Below are positions 1 through 10,009 of a stretch of DNA of 64,000 bases, piece after piece. The DNA is from Alphaproteobacteria bacterium (lineage in GTDB: Bacteria; Pseudomonadota; Alphaproteobacteria; RF32; CAG-239), in the NCBI GenBank assembly GCA_017445475.1, contig JAFSUB010000023.1:3574-67573 (forward strand), in the 5' to 3' direction. Every line of letters begins with the position of its first letter. Positions within the stretch are counted from its first letter, which is position 1. The position numbers and the translations under genes are program-made. The notes beneath the pieces are model-generated. The model was not told the origin of the DNA. It was given only the letters and a program-made list of their open reading frames with translations, and did no database searches.

Positions 1-561
1 CCTTACGCCCTTATTTTCGGCCCGCTTGCAAAATTCAAAAGCCCGACCGTGTCTTTCATTATACGCGACAATAAAATCCGCATGCTCGATGATATAACGA
101 TTGCGATATACAATACCCAATCTTTTATATCCGAGAGCACATTTATCAGGCAAAATAAAGTCATCAAAATATTTTCCCCGATAAATCAGATGACGATCAT
201 CTAAACCCGTCGGGTGTAGTTCCGCAAGCTTTGAGATAACAAGTATAATTTTAATATCCGGATAGCTCTTTTTAACTTCCAAAACACTCTCATACGCATC
301 TTCTTCGAAACCGCCGATTTCACCAACCAAAAACGTATCAACATCTTCATTTTCGATTAAATCGACAATTTGCGCCTGAACTCTTAATCTTAAAGCAAGG
401 TCAGGACGGCGCAAACGTTTTTTACCGTGCGTAAAATCATAATCATTGCCCAAAAAGGCACAAGTTTTGTTCAACCCAAACCACCCGTCAGCCCAAAAAA
501 CTTCACCCACCTTGCAAGGTGGGTGGACGTTGACACTACAAATAATGCGATAAGTAGCCCA
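1..561 (-). CDS. SLOG-superfamily Rossmann protein (YpsA/DUF1273-like or DprA/LOG-like), C-terminus truncated by window edge
   Basis: Minus-strand translation reads ...FLVGEIGGFEEDAYESVLEVKKSYPDIKIILVI...RNRYIIEHADFIVAYNERHGRAFEFCK with no stop before position 1. The frame opens after a TAG near 560 and the true start codon is unclear. The YpsA/SLOG resemblance is weak and based on recalled motifs only. Confidence 0.3.
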
Positions 562-866
562 GCTATTTGGGCGTGTGCCTTATTTACTGGCATCCACCCT
601 CTGCGGGAAGATGCCCAATGTGGCAACCATCTTTTACATTACAACGTAATACAAAAGCTATGTTTTTGCCCGCATCATTTAGACTGTCAATGTCCTGTTG
701 GGTATTGGGCTATCCCAACAAAATTCACTATAAATTAAGTTTTTTTAAAAAACAACACTTAATTTTGAACACGTTTTTTTATCACAACAAATTTTTATCG
801 TTCTTGAATAATGTTCAAAGCTGTGTTAAGGTGTGTCGTTATATTAAAATAACAGAAGATGAAAGT

Positions 867-1706
867 ATGAACGAACAACAAAGAAAACTTGGAATCATTG
901 CCGGCGGCGGAAGCCTGCCGCGTTTATTGATTGAACATTGTCAAGAAAAACAAATTCCCTTTGAGGTTTTAGCCATTTCCGGAAACGCCGAAAAAGCTTA
1001 TTTTGACCAAACGGTGCCGCACACATTTATCCGCATCGGTCAAGCCGGCACAGGTTTTAAGCTTTTTAAAAATGCCGGCGTTCAAGACGTTGTGATGATT
1101 GGCACCATCAAGCGCCCGAGTTTGGCTGATTTGGTGCCCGACATCAAAACGGCAGCTTTTTTTGCAAAAATCGGCCTTAAATCTCTGGGCGATGACGGCA
1201 TATTGCGCGCCCTCATCAAAGAAATTGAAAACGAGGGCTTTAAGGTTGTGGGCATTCACGAAATTATGCCTGAAATATTGCTTGAAACGGGCGTTTTAAC
1301 AAAGAAAAAACCCGACAAACAAGCTTTGGCGGATATTGCGCGCGGCGTTGAAGTTGCGCTTGAGCTCGGCAAGCTTGATGTCGGACAATCGGTTGTTGTG
1401 CAACAAGGCCTTGTTTTGGGCGTTGAGGGCATTGAAGGCACCGATGAGCTCATCTGTCGCTGCGGCGCATATAAGCGAAAAGGCGACGGCGGCGTTGTGG
1501 TCAAACTGCGCAAGCCCGAACAGGAAATGCGCACAGATTTGCCCACCATCGGCTTAAAAACCATTGAAAACGCAAAAAAATCGGGCTTAAAAGGCTTGGC
1601 TGTTCATGCCGGAAACGCTTTGATTGTTGATAAAAAAGATGTCATAGCGCTTGCCGACAAATACAAAATGTTTGTTGTCGGCATCAACCCCGCGGAGTAT
1701 TTGTGA
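867..1706 (+). CDS. lpxI: UDP-2,3-diacylglucosamine pyrophosphatase LpxI (DUF1009)
   Basis: Starts MNEQQRKLGIIAGGGSLPRLL. Length and motifs fit alphaproteobacterial LpxI. Its stop abuts the lpxB start. The ORF-track start at 567 is a TTG upstream extension. Confidence 0.8.
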   Translation: MNEQQRKLGIIAGGGSLPRLLIEHCQEKQIPFEVLAISGNAEKAYFDQTVPHTFIRIGQAGTGFKLFKNAGVQDVVMIGTIKRPSLADLVPDIKTAAFFAKIGLKSLGDDGILRALIKEIENEGFKVVGIHEIMPEILLETGVLTKKKPDKQALADIARGVEVALELGKLDVGQSVVVQQGLVLGVEGIEGTDELICRCGAYKRKGDGGVVVKLRKPEQEMRTDLPTIGLKTIENAKKSGLKGLAVHAGNALIVDKKDVIALADKYKMFVVGINPAEYL

Positions 1707-1707
1707 G

Positions 1708-2877
1708 ATGAAAATTTATTTAATTGCCGGTGAACCGTCAGGCGATTTGTTGGGTTCAAGATTGATGCGCGCCATGACAAGCAAATGCGAAAATGTTTCG
1801 TTTTTCGGCGTGGGCGGCGAAAGTATGCAGCGCGAAGGCTTAAAATCGTTGTTTGACATATCAGATCTTGCTGTTATGGGCCTTTTAGAAGTTGTCCCGA
1901 GCATTCCGCGTGTTTTAAAGCGCATCAGGCAAACTGTTCAAAACATTCAAGAAGTCAATCCCGACATTGTCATCACCATTGACAGTTGGAGTTTTTCGGC
2001 GCGCATACACAAGGCCTTACGCAAATTAAAGCTTTCCATTCCACAGGTTCATTATGTTGCACCGCAGGTTTGGGCATGGAAGAAAAAGCGCGCACGCACA
2101 ATGTATAAATACATCGATCATCTTTTAACGCTTTTCCCGTATGAGCCGAAATATTTCACGCCTTATCGCCTTGAAGCCTCGTTTGTCGGCCATCCGGTTA
2201 TCGAAAGCCCTGTCATATACGGAAATTCCGAAGATTTTCGCTTACGTTTCAACATTGAGCCAAATCAAAAAATTATGGCGCTTCTGCCCGGTTCACGCAA
2301 AAATGAAGTGGCGCGTCTGTTGCCTGTTTTTTTGGAGGCGGCCGAAGCGTTTTATCAAAAAAATCCGGAATATGTTTTTGTTTTGCCAACCGTGCACACG
2401 GTTGAGAATGAGGTTTTGAAAATAACGCAAAAATCAAATCTGCCCATCATTGTTGTTAAAACCGAATCGGACAGGCACGATGCTTTTTGTGCCTCTGATG
2501 TGGCGATGGCCGCTTCCGGAACCGTCGCACTTGAACTTGCAATTGTTAAAGTGCCCCATATCATTGCCTATAAGGTTGCACCTTTAACGGCATTTTTGGT
2601 GCGGCATTTCTTAAAAATTCAATTCGTTAACTTAACAAACATTTTGCTCGGACGTGAAATTGTGCCTGAATTGTTGCAAGAAAATTGCTCTAAAGAAAAA
2701 ATTTTGTATTATATAAACGAATTTGTTAAAAAAGGCGATGTTTATGAACGCCAGATGGAGGGTTTTGAAAAACTGAAAAGTGTTTTGGGTTTTGGCGAGC
2801 AAACCCCCAGCGCAAATGCTTGCGACATCATCTTAAGCCTTATTAAAAATCGCCGTAAAGATGTTCGAAAACTTTAA
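1708..2877 (+). CDS. lpxB: Lipid-A-disaccharide synthase LpxB
   Basis: MKIYLIAGEPSGDLLGSRLMRAM... carries the LpxB N-terminal signature. The gene lies 1 nt after lpxI. Confidence 0.85.
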   Translation: MKIYLIAGEPSGDLLGSRLMRAMTSKCENVSFFGVGGESMQREGLKSLFDISDLAVMGLLEVVPSIPRVLKRIRQTVQNIQEVNPDIVITIDSWSFSARIHKALRKLKLSIPQVHYVAPQVWAWKKKRARTMYKYIDHLLTLFPYEPKYFTPYRLEASFVGHPVIESPVIYGNSEDFRLRFNIEPNQKIMALLPGSRKNEVARLLPVFLEAAEAFYQKNPEYVFVLPTVHTVENEVLKITQKSNLPIIVVKTESDRHDAFCASDVAMAASGTVALELAIVKVPHIIAYKVAPLTAFLVRHFLKIQFVNLTNILLGREIVPELLQENCSKEKILYYINEFVKKGDVYERQMEGFEKLKSVLGFGEQTPSANACDIILSLIKNRRKDVRKL

Positions 2878-4855
2878 AAAACAGCTTTTAAGCGAGCAAC
2901 ACAGATGGTTTTTGTTCACACCTGTGTTGTTCGGCCTCGGAATCGGTCTTTATTTTCTGCTTTCTTTCGAACCTTCGGCACTTATCATTGTCTGCATCAT
3001 TGAAGTTTTGCTTGTTTTGCTTTATTTGATGCGAAAAAATCCGCCAGCAATTTTTATGATTTCCACTCTGCTGATTGTCGCTTTAGGGTTTGTAAACATT
3101 TCACTTCAAACCTTATACCGCGCCAAACGAGTTGTTTTCATTGACAAACCCGAAACGACATATATTCAAGGCAAAATTTTCAAAATCGATTTAAGCCGCA
3201 AAGGCAAAACGCGGCTGTGGCTTAAAGATGTGGCCGATTTTAACGATAAAAGAAAAGGTATCTACAAAATAACGCTTTCCGGCCAAAAATCTTTTGACAT
3301 CGGTTCATGCATTGAAACGGTTGCAACATTTAAGCCGCTTAAAACATCGGGCTATTACCAATTTGAACGTGATTTGTTTTTTGAGAGCGTATCGGCAACC
3401 GGTTTTGCTTTAAGCGACGCACATTCAAAAGAATGCGTGCAAAAGAGCGGTTTTTTTGAGCGGTTCATATATAAAATCAATCGTTACCGAAATCATTTCA
3501 CAAATCAAATTCAAAACACTTTAGACCCAAGCGTTGCGGGAATTGCCGCCGCCATCATCACAGGCGATAAAAGTCTGATTTCAACCGAGCAATACCGCCT
3601 ATACTCTCAAACGGGACTTGCCCATTTTTTAGCCATATCCGGTCTGCATATGGGCTTTGTCGCAGCCATATCTTTTCTGCTTTGCCGATGGCTGCTTTCA
3701 TTGTTGCCTTCAATATCACTCAGGTTTTCAACCAAAAAAATCGCGGCAATTTTTGCCGTTTTAATGCTTTTCATTTATTTGCAGATGTCCGGTTGTGCTG
3801 TTTCCGCGCAAAGAGCCTTTATCATGATATCGCTTGCATTAACGGCCTTTTTCTTTGCGCGAGAAGCCATATCCATGCGAACCGTCGCGGCAGCCGCACT
3901 CATTATCTTAATTTTTGAACCGTATGTTTTGGTTCGCCCCTCGTTTCAAATGTCGTTTGCCGCAGCTTCGGCTTTAACCGCCTTTTACGAAACATATCAA
4001 GACCGCAAGAAGTTATTTGAAAAAAACAAGACACTGTTTCAAAATTTGACGGCCTATTTTTTGGGCACCGTCATCGCCACAACGATTGCAACACTTGCAA
4101 CGCTTTTGTTTGTCATTCATCACTTTGCCAATGTTCCGCTGCTTTCGACACTGACCAACGCTTTGGCCGCTCCGATTATTGGTTTTTTGATTATGCCCGC
4201 CGTTATTGTCTGCCTCATTTTTATGCCTTTCGGCGGCCATGTAACAGCGCTTAAAGTTGCGGGTTTGGGCATATCTTTGCTCAACCGCATCTGCCTGAAG
4301 GTTTTAAGTTTGTTTTCTGCAACACCTGCTTTGCCGCACTTTCCGCTTGCCTTGCTTGTTGTGGCAACCTTTGGCGGCTTATGGCTTTTGCTTTGGCAAA
4401 AAAAGTGGCAGTTTTGGGGTTTGGTGCCGATTGGTTTGTCGCTTTTTTTGTTTGTTTTTGTGCAAAAACCGGATATTTTTTATAGTGCAAACGGACGCCA
4501 AATCGGCTTGAAAGACAACAGCGGAAACCTTGTAATTTTGGCCAAAAAAGAAGATGTTTGGCTTTCGAAAAACTGGCTTGAACAAAACGGTTACACGCAA
4601 AATAAAAATATTCGAACCCGTGATGTCTTAAACAACAAAATCGGCAAAGGCGAACAAATCAATATCTCATGCAATCGAGAAAAATGCGTTTATGAGAACA
4701 TCTTTGAATTTGACTTAAACGGACATCTTAAAATCAAAAACAAACCGCTCAACGCCTCTGCAAGTGGCGGCGGCTTCATTTATTTAAACAACGGCAAACC
4801 GAAGGTTAAAACCGTTCGGGACAACATCGGCTTCAGACCGTGGAACAGCTTTTAG
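2861..4855 (+). CDS. comEC: ComEC/Rec2-family DNA internalization channel protein (C-terminal beta-lactamase-like domain appears degenerate)
   Basis: Polytopic membrane protein with the competence-domain motif ...TGDKSLISTEQYRLYSQTGLAHFLAISGLHMGFV. Its ATG overlaps the lpxB stop by 17 nt. Confidence 0.75.
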   Translation: MFENFKKQLLSEQHRWFLFTPVLFGLGIGLYFLLSFEPSALIIVCIIEVLLVLLYLMRKNPPAIFMISTLLIVALGFVNISLQTLYRAKRVVFIDKPETTYIQGKIFKIDLSRKGKTRLWLKDVADFNDKRKGIYKITLSGQKSFDIGSCIETVATFKPLKTSGYYQFERDLFFESVSATGFALSDAHSKECVQKSGFFERFIYKINRYRNHFTNQIQNTLDPSVAGIAAAIITGDKSLISTEQYRLYSQTGLAHFLAISGLHMGFVAAISFLLCRWLLSLLPSISLRFSTKKIAAIFAVLMLFIYLQMSGCAVSAQRAFIMISLALTAFFFAREAISMRTVAAAALIILIFEPYVLVRPSFQMSFAAASALTAFYETYQDRKKLFEKNKTLFQNLTAYFLGTVIATTIATLATLLFVIHHFANVPLLSTLTNALAAPIIGFLIMPAVIVCLIFMPFGGHVTALKVAGLGISLLNRICLKVLSLFSATPALPHFPLALLVVATFGGLWLLLWQKKWQFWGLVPIGLSLFLFVFVQKPDIFYSANGRQIGLKDNSGNLVILAKKEDVWLSKNWLEQNGYTQNKNIRTRDVLNNKIGKGEQINISCNREKCVYENIFEFDLNGHLKIKNKPLNASASGGGFIYLNNGKPKVKTVRDNIGFRPWNSF

Positions 4856-6066
4856 ACCTTTTTCAAACAGCAAAAGAAGAAACCGTCGGTGTTTGTTAAA
4901 AGCGGTGAAAAATTTAAATATTTTTTGCTTGAAAAAGGGTATGGCACATCAATTTTCTTTTCCCACAGTTTTTCATGGTCAAAAAATTGTATATCGCCGT
5001 GATTGTTTGCAAATTTTTCAACCACATCTTCATTTTCTTCGCGCAAAACCGAGCAGGTCATATAAACAATCCGCCCGCCGGATTTTGTATGTTGATACGC
5101 CACTTGTAAAACATCGCTTTGGATTTTTTGCAAATTTTTCAAATGCGCACTGCTTGTTCTGAATTTCAAGTCGGGCGCACGTCGCCATGTGCCGCTTCCC
5201 GAACACGGACAGTCGGCAACAAAACAATCATAATCCAAAGCTTCAAGCTTTGAAATAAGCTTAATGTTTGTGGCGCCCAATCGCCGCGCACGTTCTTTAA
5301 TCGGGCTCATACGCTCAAAATTGACATCGTGTGCCTCAATTAAAACCTTGTTTTCGCTTATTGCGCCGAGCGCCAACGTTTTGCCGCCGGCACCAGCACA
5401 ATAATCAATCACCTTCTCGCCCATCTTCACATCGCACAAAAGCGCGGCAACCTGACAAGCTTCGTCTTGAATGTCAAAAAGACCTTCGTGATAGGCGGTG
5501 CAGTTGTTTAAGTTGATGTTTTCCGAAGTTCTGAGCCCAAAAGGCGAATATGCGGTCAGCGAAAAAAACAATCCTTCTTTTTCAAGCCGTTTTTTCAAAT
5601 CATAAGGCGATATAAAATTGGCTCTAATGTCAACATTTGCCTTTTGATTAAGCAAGCCAACCAGCGCCGGATTGTCAATTTTTTGCATCAGCCACTGCGG
5701 ACACTCAAGCTCAACATTTAAAGGGTATGGCTCGCTTTTTAAGTTTTTAAGCCAACTCTTTTCTTCTTTTGATAAGGCTTCAAGACCGTATGTTCCGCCC
5801 GTAATCAAATCAAAATCTTCGCCTTTTTTTTGCAAATAACAAAGCAAAACCCTGCGCACATCTTCGCTTTTTGCATCAAATTCCAAACGCAGACGATGCC
5901 GAATGATATCCCATGTTGTTTCCAAAATAAAGCGCCTGTCTTTCGCGCCGATATATTTTCGCGCACGCATATATGTGTTTATCAGCACATCGGCCGGCGC
6001 TTGATTTTTGAAAATCTTGCAAAGCAATTCAAAAACAGCTTGATATCTTGCGCTTGTTTGCATCAC
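4852..6066 (-). CDS. rsmB: RsmB/Sun-family rRNA (cytosine-C5) methyltransferase
   Basis: SAM-binding motif CAGAGGKTLALG and catalytic DCPCSGSGTWRRAPD. 404 aa. Confidence 0.7.
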   Translation of the reverse strand: MMQTSARYQAVFELLCKIFKNQAPADVLINTYMRARKYIGAKDRRFILETTWDIIRHRLRLEFDAKSEDVRRVLLCYLQKKGEDFDLITGGTYGLEALSKEEKSWLKNLKSEPYPLNVELECPQWLMQKIDNPALVGLLNQKANVDIRANFISPYDLKKRLEKEGLFFSLTAYSPFGLRTSENINLNNCTAYHEGLFDIQDEACQVAALLCDVKMGEKVIDYCAGAGGKTLALGAISENKVLIEAHDVNFERMSPIKERARRLGATNIKLISKLEALDYDCFVADCPCSGSGTWRRAPDLKFRTSSAHLKNLQKIQSDVLQVAYQHTKSGGRIVYMTCSVLREENEDVVEKFANNHGDIQFFDHEKLWEKKIDVPYPFSSKKYLNFSPLLTNTDGFFFCCLKKV

Positions 6067-6104
6067 TTGACCTTTTGATTTTTGTGGTGTATATCGTTTT
6101 TATG

Positions 6105-6674
6105 AAAGTTTTTATAACAGATTTAGGCAAGATAATCAAGACCTCTGATTTTTTTGAAGCGCATCTTTTAACGCTCAACCTTCAAGAGCGCAACCGTTTT
6201 GAAAAAATCACGAATCAAAACCGAAAACTTCAGTTTTTGGCAGGAAGGGTGCTCATCAAAAATGCCGGCATACAAAATGCCCGTCAAACCATATCGGGAA
6301 AACTCGTTGCCGACGACGTTTTTTTGAGCCTTTCGCATTCCAAAAATTATGTTGTGCTTGCAACAGATGTTTTCCCTGTCGGCATAGACATCGAAGAGCT
6401 TAACCCAAGCCGCGATTTTCAAAAAACAGCCAACCGTCTAAACTTCAAAACACCTGTCGATGCGCTTGATTTTTATAAAATGTTCACGCAATATGAAGCC
6501 GATTTTAAACTCGGCAAAGAATATAAAACCCCTCATCACCGTTTTTTTGTTTTGCATGGATTTGCGGTTTGCCTTTCAAGCATAAAACCGATTGATGATG
6601 TTTCGTTTTATGAATTTTTGCCGTTTCAAACAAGTCCGATTGAGTGTTCTTCAAGCTTTTGCGAAATGGCTTGA
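6105..6674 (+). CDS. 4'-phosphopantetheinyl transferase family protein (Sfp/EntD-like)
   Basis: MKVFITDL...LSLSHSKNYVVLATDVFPVGIDIEEL matches the G-I-D-I-E PPTase motif. The ORF-track start at 6048 would overlap the rsmB start, so the ATG at 6105 is preferred. Confidence 0.55.
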   Translation, partial: KVFITDLGKIIKTSDFFEAHLLTLNLQERNRFEKITNQNRKLQFLAGRVLIKNAGIQNARQTISGKLVADDVFLSLSHSKNYVVLATDVFPVGIDIEELNPSRDFQKTANRLNFKTPVDALDFYKMFTQYEADFKLGKEYKTPHHRFFVLHGFAVCLSSIKPIDDVSFYEFLPFQTSPIECSSSFCEMA

Positions 6675-9600
6675 TAGTCCATTTTACCGCTTGCAAGCAT
6701 CGGCGGATTCTTCATATATATGGCCTCTTTCGGCAAGCAAAGCTCACTTAATCCTTCTGTTTTAAAAAATGCCTTAACCGCACTTAAGTCAACATCTTGA
6801 CGGTTTGTAATCAAAACAAGCTTTTCTCCTTTTTTCTCATCTGAAACAAAAACAACACCCTGCAAAGCATCAGGATAAAGTTTTTCTAAAGCTTCTTCAA
6901 CGGCGGTAAGCGAAACCATTTCACCACCGATTTTTGCAAAACGCTTCATACGTCCCAAAATCTTAACAAAACCATCTTCGTCAACGCTTACAATATCGCC
7001 CGTTGCATACCAACCGTTTTCCAAAGGCTCGATTTTGTTCGGGTTTTGCGGCTTGATATATCCCAGCATCACATTATCGCCTTTCACCCAAAGTTCGCCG
7101 CCGTTTGACACGCCCTCCGTTTTTTTAATTTGATACGCAATGCACGGCAACAGCCTTCCAACCGTTCCTTCTTTTGCATTCATCGGCGTATTTAAGGCCA
7201 AAACCGGTGCCGTTTCGGTTGTTCCATAACCCTCTAAAATGCGCACACCGAATTTTTTCATAAAGACAAGCGCCGTTCTTTCTTTGAGTTTTTCACCGCC
7301 GACAATCGCATATTTCACATTAAAAAAGTCATACGGATGCCCCATGCGCCCATAGCCGTAAAAAAACGTGTCGGTGCCGCAAACAATTGTTGCATTTGTG
7401 TCATAAACAAGCTCCGGCACAATGCGATAATGAAGCGGCGACGGATACAAAAACGTTTTAATCCCCGACAAAATCGTTGCCACCGCACCGATTGAAAGCC
7501 CGAAAGAATGAAACATCGGAAGCGCATTAAAAAACACATCTGACGCATTCACCGACAACACATTTGTAAGCTGATAACGGTTTGCCTGCAAATTGACGTG
7601 GCTTAAAATAACCGCTTTCGGCAAGCCTTCCGAACCCGATGTAAACAGTGCCGCCGCCGGTCTTGACGGTTCATTTTTCGGTTTATAACCAATCAAATAG
7701 CGCAACAATCCTTTGATTTTAATTTTAAGAGAAATCTTTTTTGCAAAATCTTCCAAATAAACAACATTTGCTTTTTGTGTTTGTGCGCTTTCAATCAAAT
7801 GCATCAAACGAGCTTTTTCAATAAATTCGCGCGAGGTTATAATTGTTTGAAGCTCAAGTGTTTGAAGCATTGATAAAAACGGTTTTTCCCCAAGTGAAAA
7901 ATTGAGCATAACAGGAACCTTATCAACGCATTCAAGCGCATAAAAACAGGCCAAATCGGCAAGACAGTTCGGCAACATCAAACCCACATTTTCCTGACCG
8001 TCAAATGCATATTCAAAAGCCGTTCCAAGCACATAAACCTTTTTGAGAAGCGTTTTATAGGAAATAGCGCGCCTTTGAACATCTTCCGCAATTTTATGGT
8101 TTAAGCCGTGCTGCTTTGCGGCTTTCAAAAGGCTGACAAAAAGATGTTCGTTAATGTTTGAAGTCACATACATCATCTCGGTCATCATATCATACAGCTT
8201 GAGCGAAACTTGGTGCCTTTGCGCCCTTCTTGAAAGGCTTGAGCTCACCGTCAATTTTTGCGGTCTTAAAAAAGTCAGTGTAATTTTCGGAAAACACCGC
8301 GTTTTGTTTTTATGTTTCAAATAGGATAATTTGCTGAATTGCGCACCGTCAATTCTCAAACGCACAACACGGGCATTTGCTTTGTGCGCAATAAGCCCCG
8401 CACCTTCATAAATTTTCATCAAACCGCCTGTTGTGCTGATACGCCCTTCCGGAAAAATCATCACTCTTTTGCCTTTTTTGATGTCGGCGATTAAAGAGCG
8501 CATTGACATCGGATTTGTCGGATTAAGCGGCGCAAAGTGCACAAAAAGCTTAAAAAGCTTCATAAACCATTTTTCAGCCCACCCCGTGTTCACGGCAAAG
8601 GTCAGCTCATCTTCGGTGAAAGCGGCAATCAGCAGCCCATCTAAAAGCGAGGTGTGGTTTGAAACAAGCAAAACACTTTTTCCCGCACGTCTCAAATTCT
8701 GCGCACCTTTAACCTCAATGCGAAACAAAACTTCCAAAACGGCACGCAAAACCGAGCGCCAAAAAGCATTCGGCAAAAGCCTGACGGTATATATGAAAAC
8801 AAACAGACTTAAAACCGCAACGGCCAAAAACAACTCCGAAATGGTAAACCCAAGCGCCAAAAGTGCAATGGTTAAAAGCGACATAAGCACCATACCGAGC
8901 GCATTTAAAATGTTGTTACCGCCGATAATGGTCGCCAAAAATGCCTTCGGTGCTTTGTTTTGCATCAACGTGTTTAACGGCACTATGTAAAGCCCGCCGA
9001 AAAAAGCCATCACGAAAATGCTCAAACTGATAAAAAAGCTTTCCGGCTTTATCAAAAATTGTGCCAAAGAAACAGGCGTTAAGGGTGTTTGATAATGAGC
9101 CGTCAAAAAGTATAACGCATAAAAACAAAGCCCCATCATCAAAACGCTCAACGGTATGTAAGTTGTATGAATCAGCCCTTTCATCAAGTGCCCGCAAAAA
9201 ACAGAGCCGCACGCAACACCGATTGAAAACAAAACCAAAAAGAACGTAATCACTGTGTTTGTAACATTTAAAACATGCCCCGACAGCGGATATATCTGCA
9301 CAACAACAAAAGCCCCGATCATCCAAAACCACGTTGCGCCCAAAACGCACTTAAAAACAACTTTATGATGATAAATCAGCTTCAAGTTTTCTGCGGTAGA
9401 TGAAAAAATATTTGTATGAATAATCGCATTTTTCCGTTCCGGTTCGGCCTTTAAAATAAACAATGAAGAACAAAAACCGACAAACGCCATCAAAATCAAA
9501 AGCACCATAACACCTGTGATGGGTAAAACCGTTCCCAAAATCAGCCCAAGCAAAATCGCCACATATGTCGTTGCCTCGACATACGCGTTGCCAAGCGCCA

Positions 9601-10006
9601 ATTCTTCCGATGTAAGATGTGTCGGCAAAAGAGAATATTTAACCGGCCCGAAAAAAGCCGATTGAACCCCCATTGCCCCCAAAAGCGCAATCAGCCCCCA
9701 AAGGCTTTCAAAATGATAAACCGCCATTGCCATAATCATCATTAGCAGCTCGCAAAACTTCAAAACACGCGCCACCGCTGCTTTGTCATATTTATCGGCA
9801 ATTTCGCCTGCAAGTGCCGAAAACAAAAAAAACGGAAAAATAAAAAGCGCGGCAATCACATTTGAAACAAGCGCCGCTTTACTTGCCATTTGAAGCGTTA
9901 CCGCCATCAAAAGCGCATTCTTGAACAAATTGTCATTAAATGCACCCAAAAACTGCGTGATTAAAAGCGGCAGGAAACGCCTTGATTTTAAAATATTTTC
10001 CGCCAT
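6626..10006 (-). CDS. aas: Tri-domain fusion: LplT-like MFS lysophospholipid transporter + PlsC-type acyltransferase + acyl-ACP synthetase (Aas-like)
   Basis: N-terminus MAENILKSRRFLPLLITQFLGAFNDNLFKNALL is followed by about 12 TM helices (LplT-like). Then come an acyltransferase HX4D motif (VSNHTSLLDGLL) and AMP-binding motifs (FTSGSEGLPKAV, GYGTTETAP). 1126 aa in total. Confidence 0.7.
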   Translation of the reverse strand: MAENILKSRRFLPLLITQFLGAFNDNLFKNALLMAVTLQMASKAALVSNVIAALFIFPFFLFSALAGEIADKYDKAAVARVLKFCELLMMIMAMAVYHFESLWGLIALLGAMGVQSAFFGPVKYSLLPTHLTSEELALGNAYVEATTYVAILLGLILGTVLPITGVMVLLILMAFVGFCSSLFILKAEPERKNAIIHTNIFSSTAENLKLIYHHKVVFKCVLGATWFWMIGAFVVVQIYPLSGHVLNVTNTVITFFLVLFSIGVACGSVFCGHLMKGLIHTTYIPLSVLMMGLCFYALYFLTAHYQTPLTPVSLAQFLIKPESFFISLSIFVMAFFGGLYIVPLNTLMQNKAPKAFLATIIGGNNILNALGMVLMSLLTIALLALGFTISELFLAVAVLSLFVFIYTVRLLPNAFWRSVLRAVLEVLFRIEVKGAQNLRRAGKSVLLVSNHTSLLDGLLIAAFTEDELTFAVNTGWAEKWFMKLFKLFVHFAPLNPTNPMSMRSLIADIKKGKRVMIFPEGRISTTGGLMKIYEGAGLIAHKANARVVRLRIDGAQFSKLSYLKHKNKTRCFPKITLTFLRPQKLTVSSSLSRRAQRHQVSLKLYDMMTEMMYVTSNINEHLFVSLLKAAKQHGLNHKIAEDVQRRAISYKTLLKKVYVLGTAFEYAFDGQENVGLMLPNCLADLACFYALECVDKVPVMLNFSLGEKPFLSMLQTLELQTIITSREFIEKARLMHLIESAQTQKANVVYLEDFAKKISLKIKIKGLLRYLIGYKPKNEPSRPAAALFTSGSEGLPKAVILSHVNLQANRYQLTNVLSVNASDVFFNALPMFHSFGLSIGAVATILSGIKTFLYPSPLHYRIVPELVYDTNATIVCGTDTFFYGYGRMGHPYDFFNVKYAIVGGEKLKERTALVFMKKFGVRILEGYGTTETAPVLALNTPMNAKEGTVGRLLPCIAYQIKKTEGVSNGGELWVKGDNVMLGYIKPQNPNKIEPLENGWYATGDIVSVDEDGFVKILGRMKRFAKIGGEMVSLTAVEEALEKLYPDALQGVVFVSDEKKGEKLVLITNRQDVDLSAVKAFFKTEGLSELCLPKEAIYMKNPPMLASGKMDYQAISQKLEEHSIGLV

Positions 10007-10009
10007 ATT

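Noticed and set aside
497-520. Palindrome cacccaccttgcaaggtgggtg
   Set aside because: It lies inside the coding frame of the truncated minus-strand gene and is not followed by a T-run. Probably coincidental, or a protein-level feature.
427-1706. ORF-track entries 427-738 and 567-1706 suggesting a long N-terminal extension of LpxI
   Set aside because: 567 is a TTG far upstream and overlaps the minus-strand partial gene. The conserved LpxI N-terminus begins at the ATG at 867.
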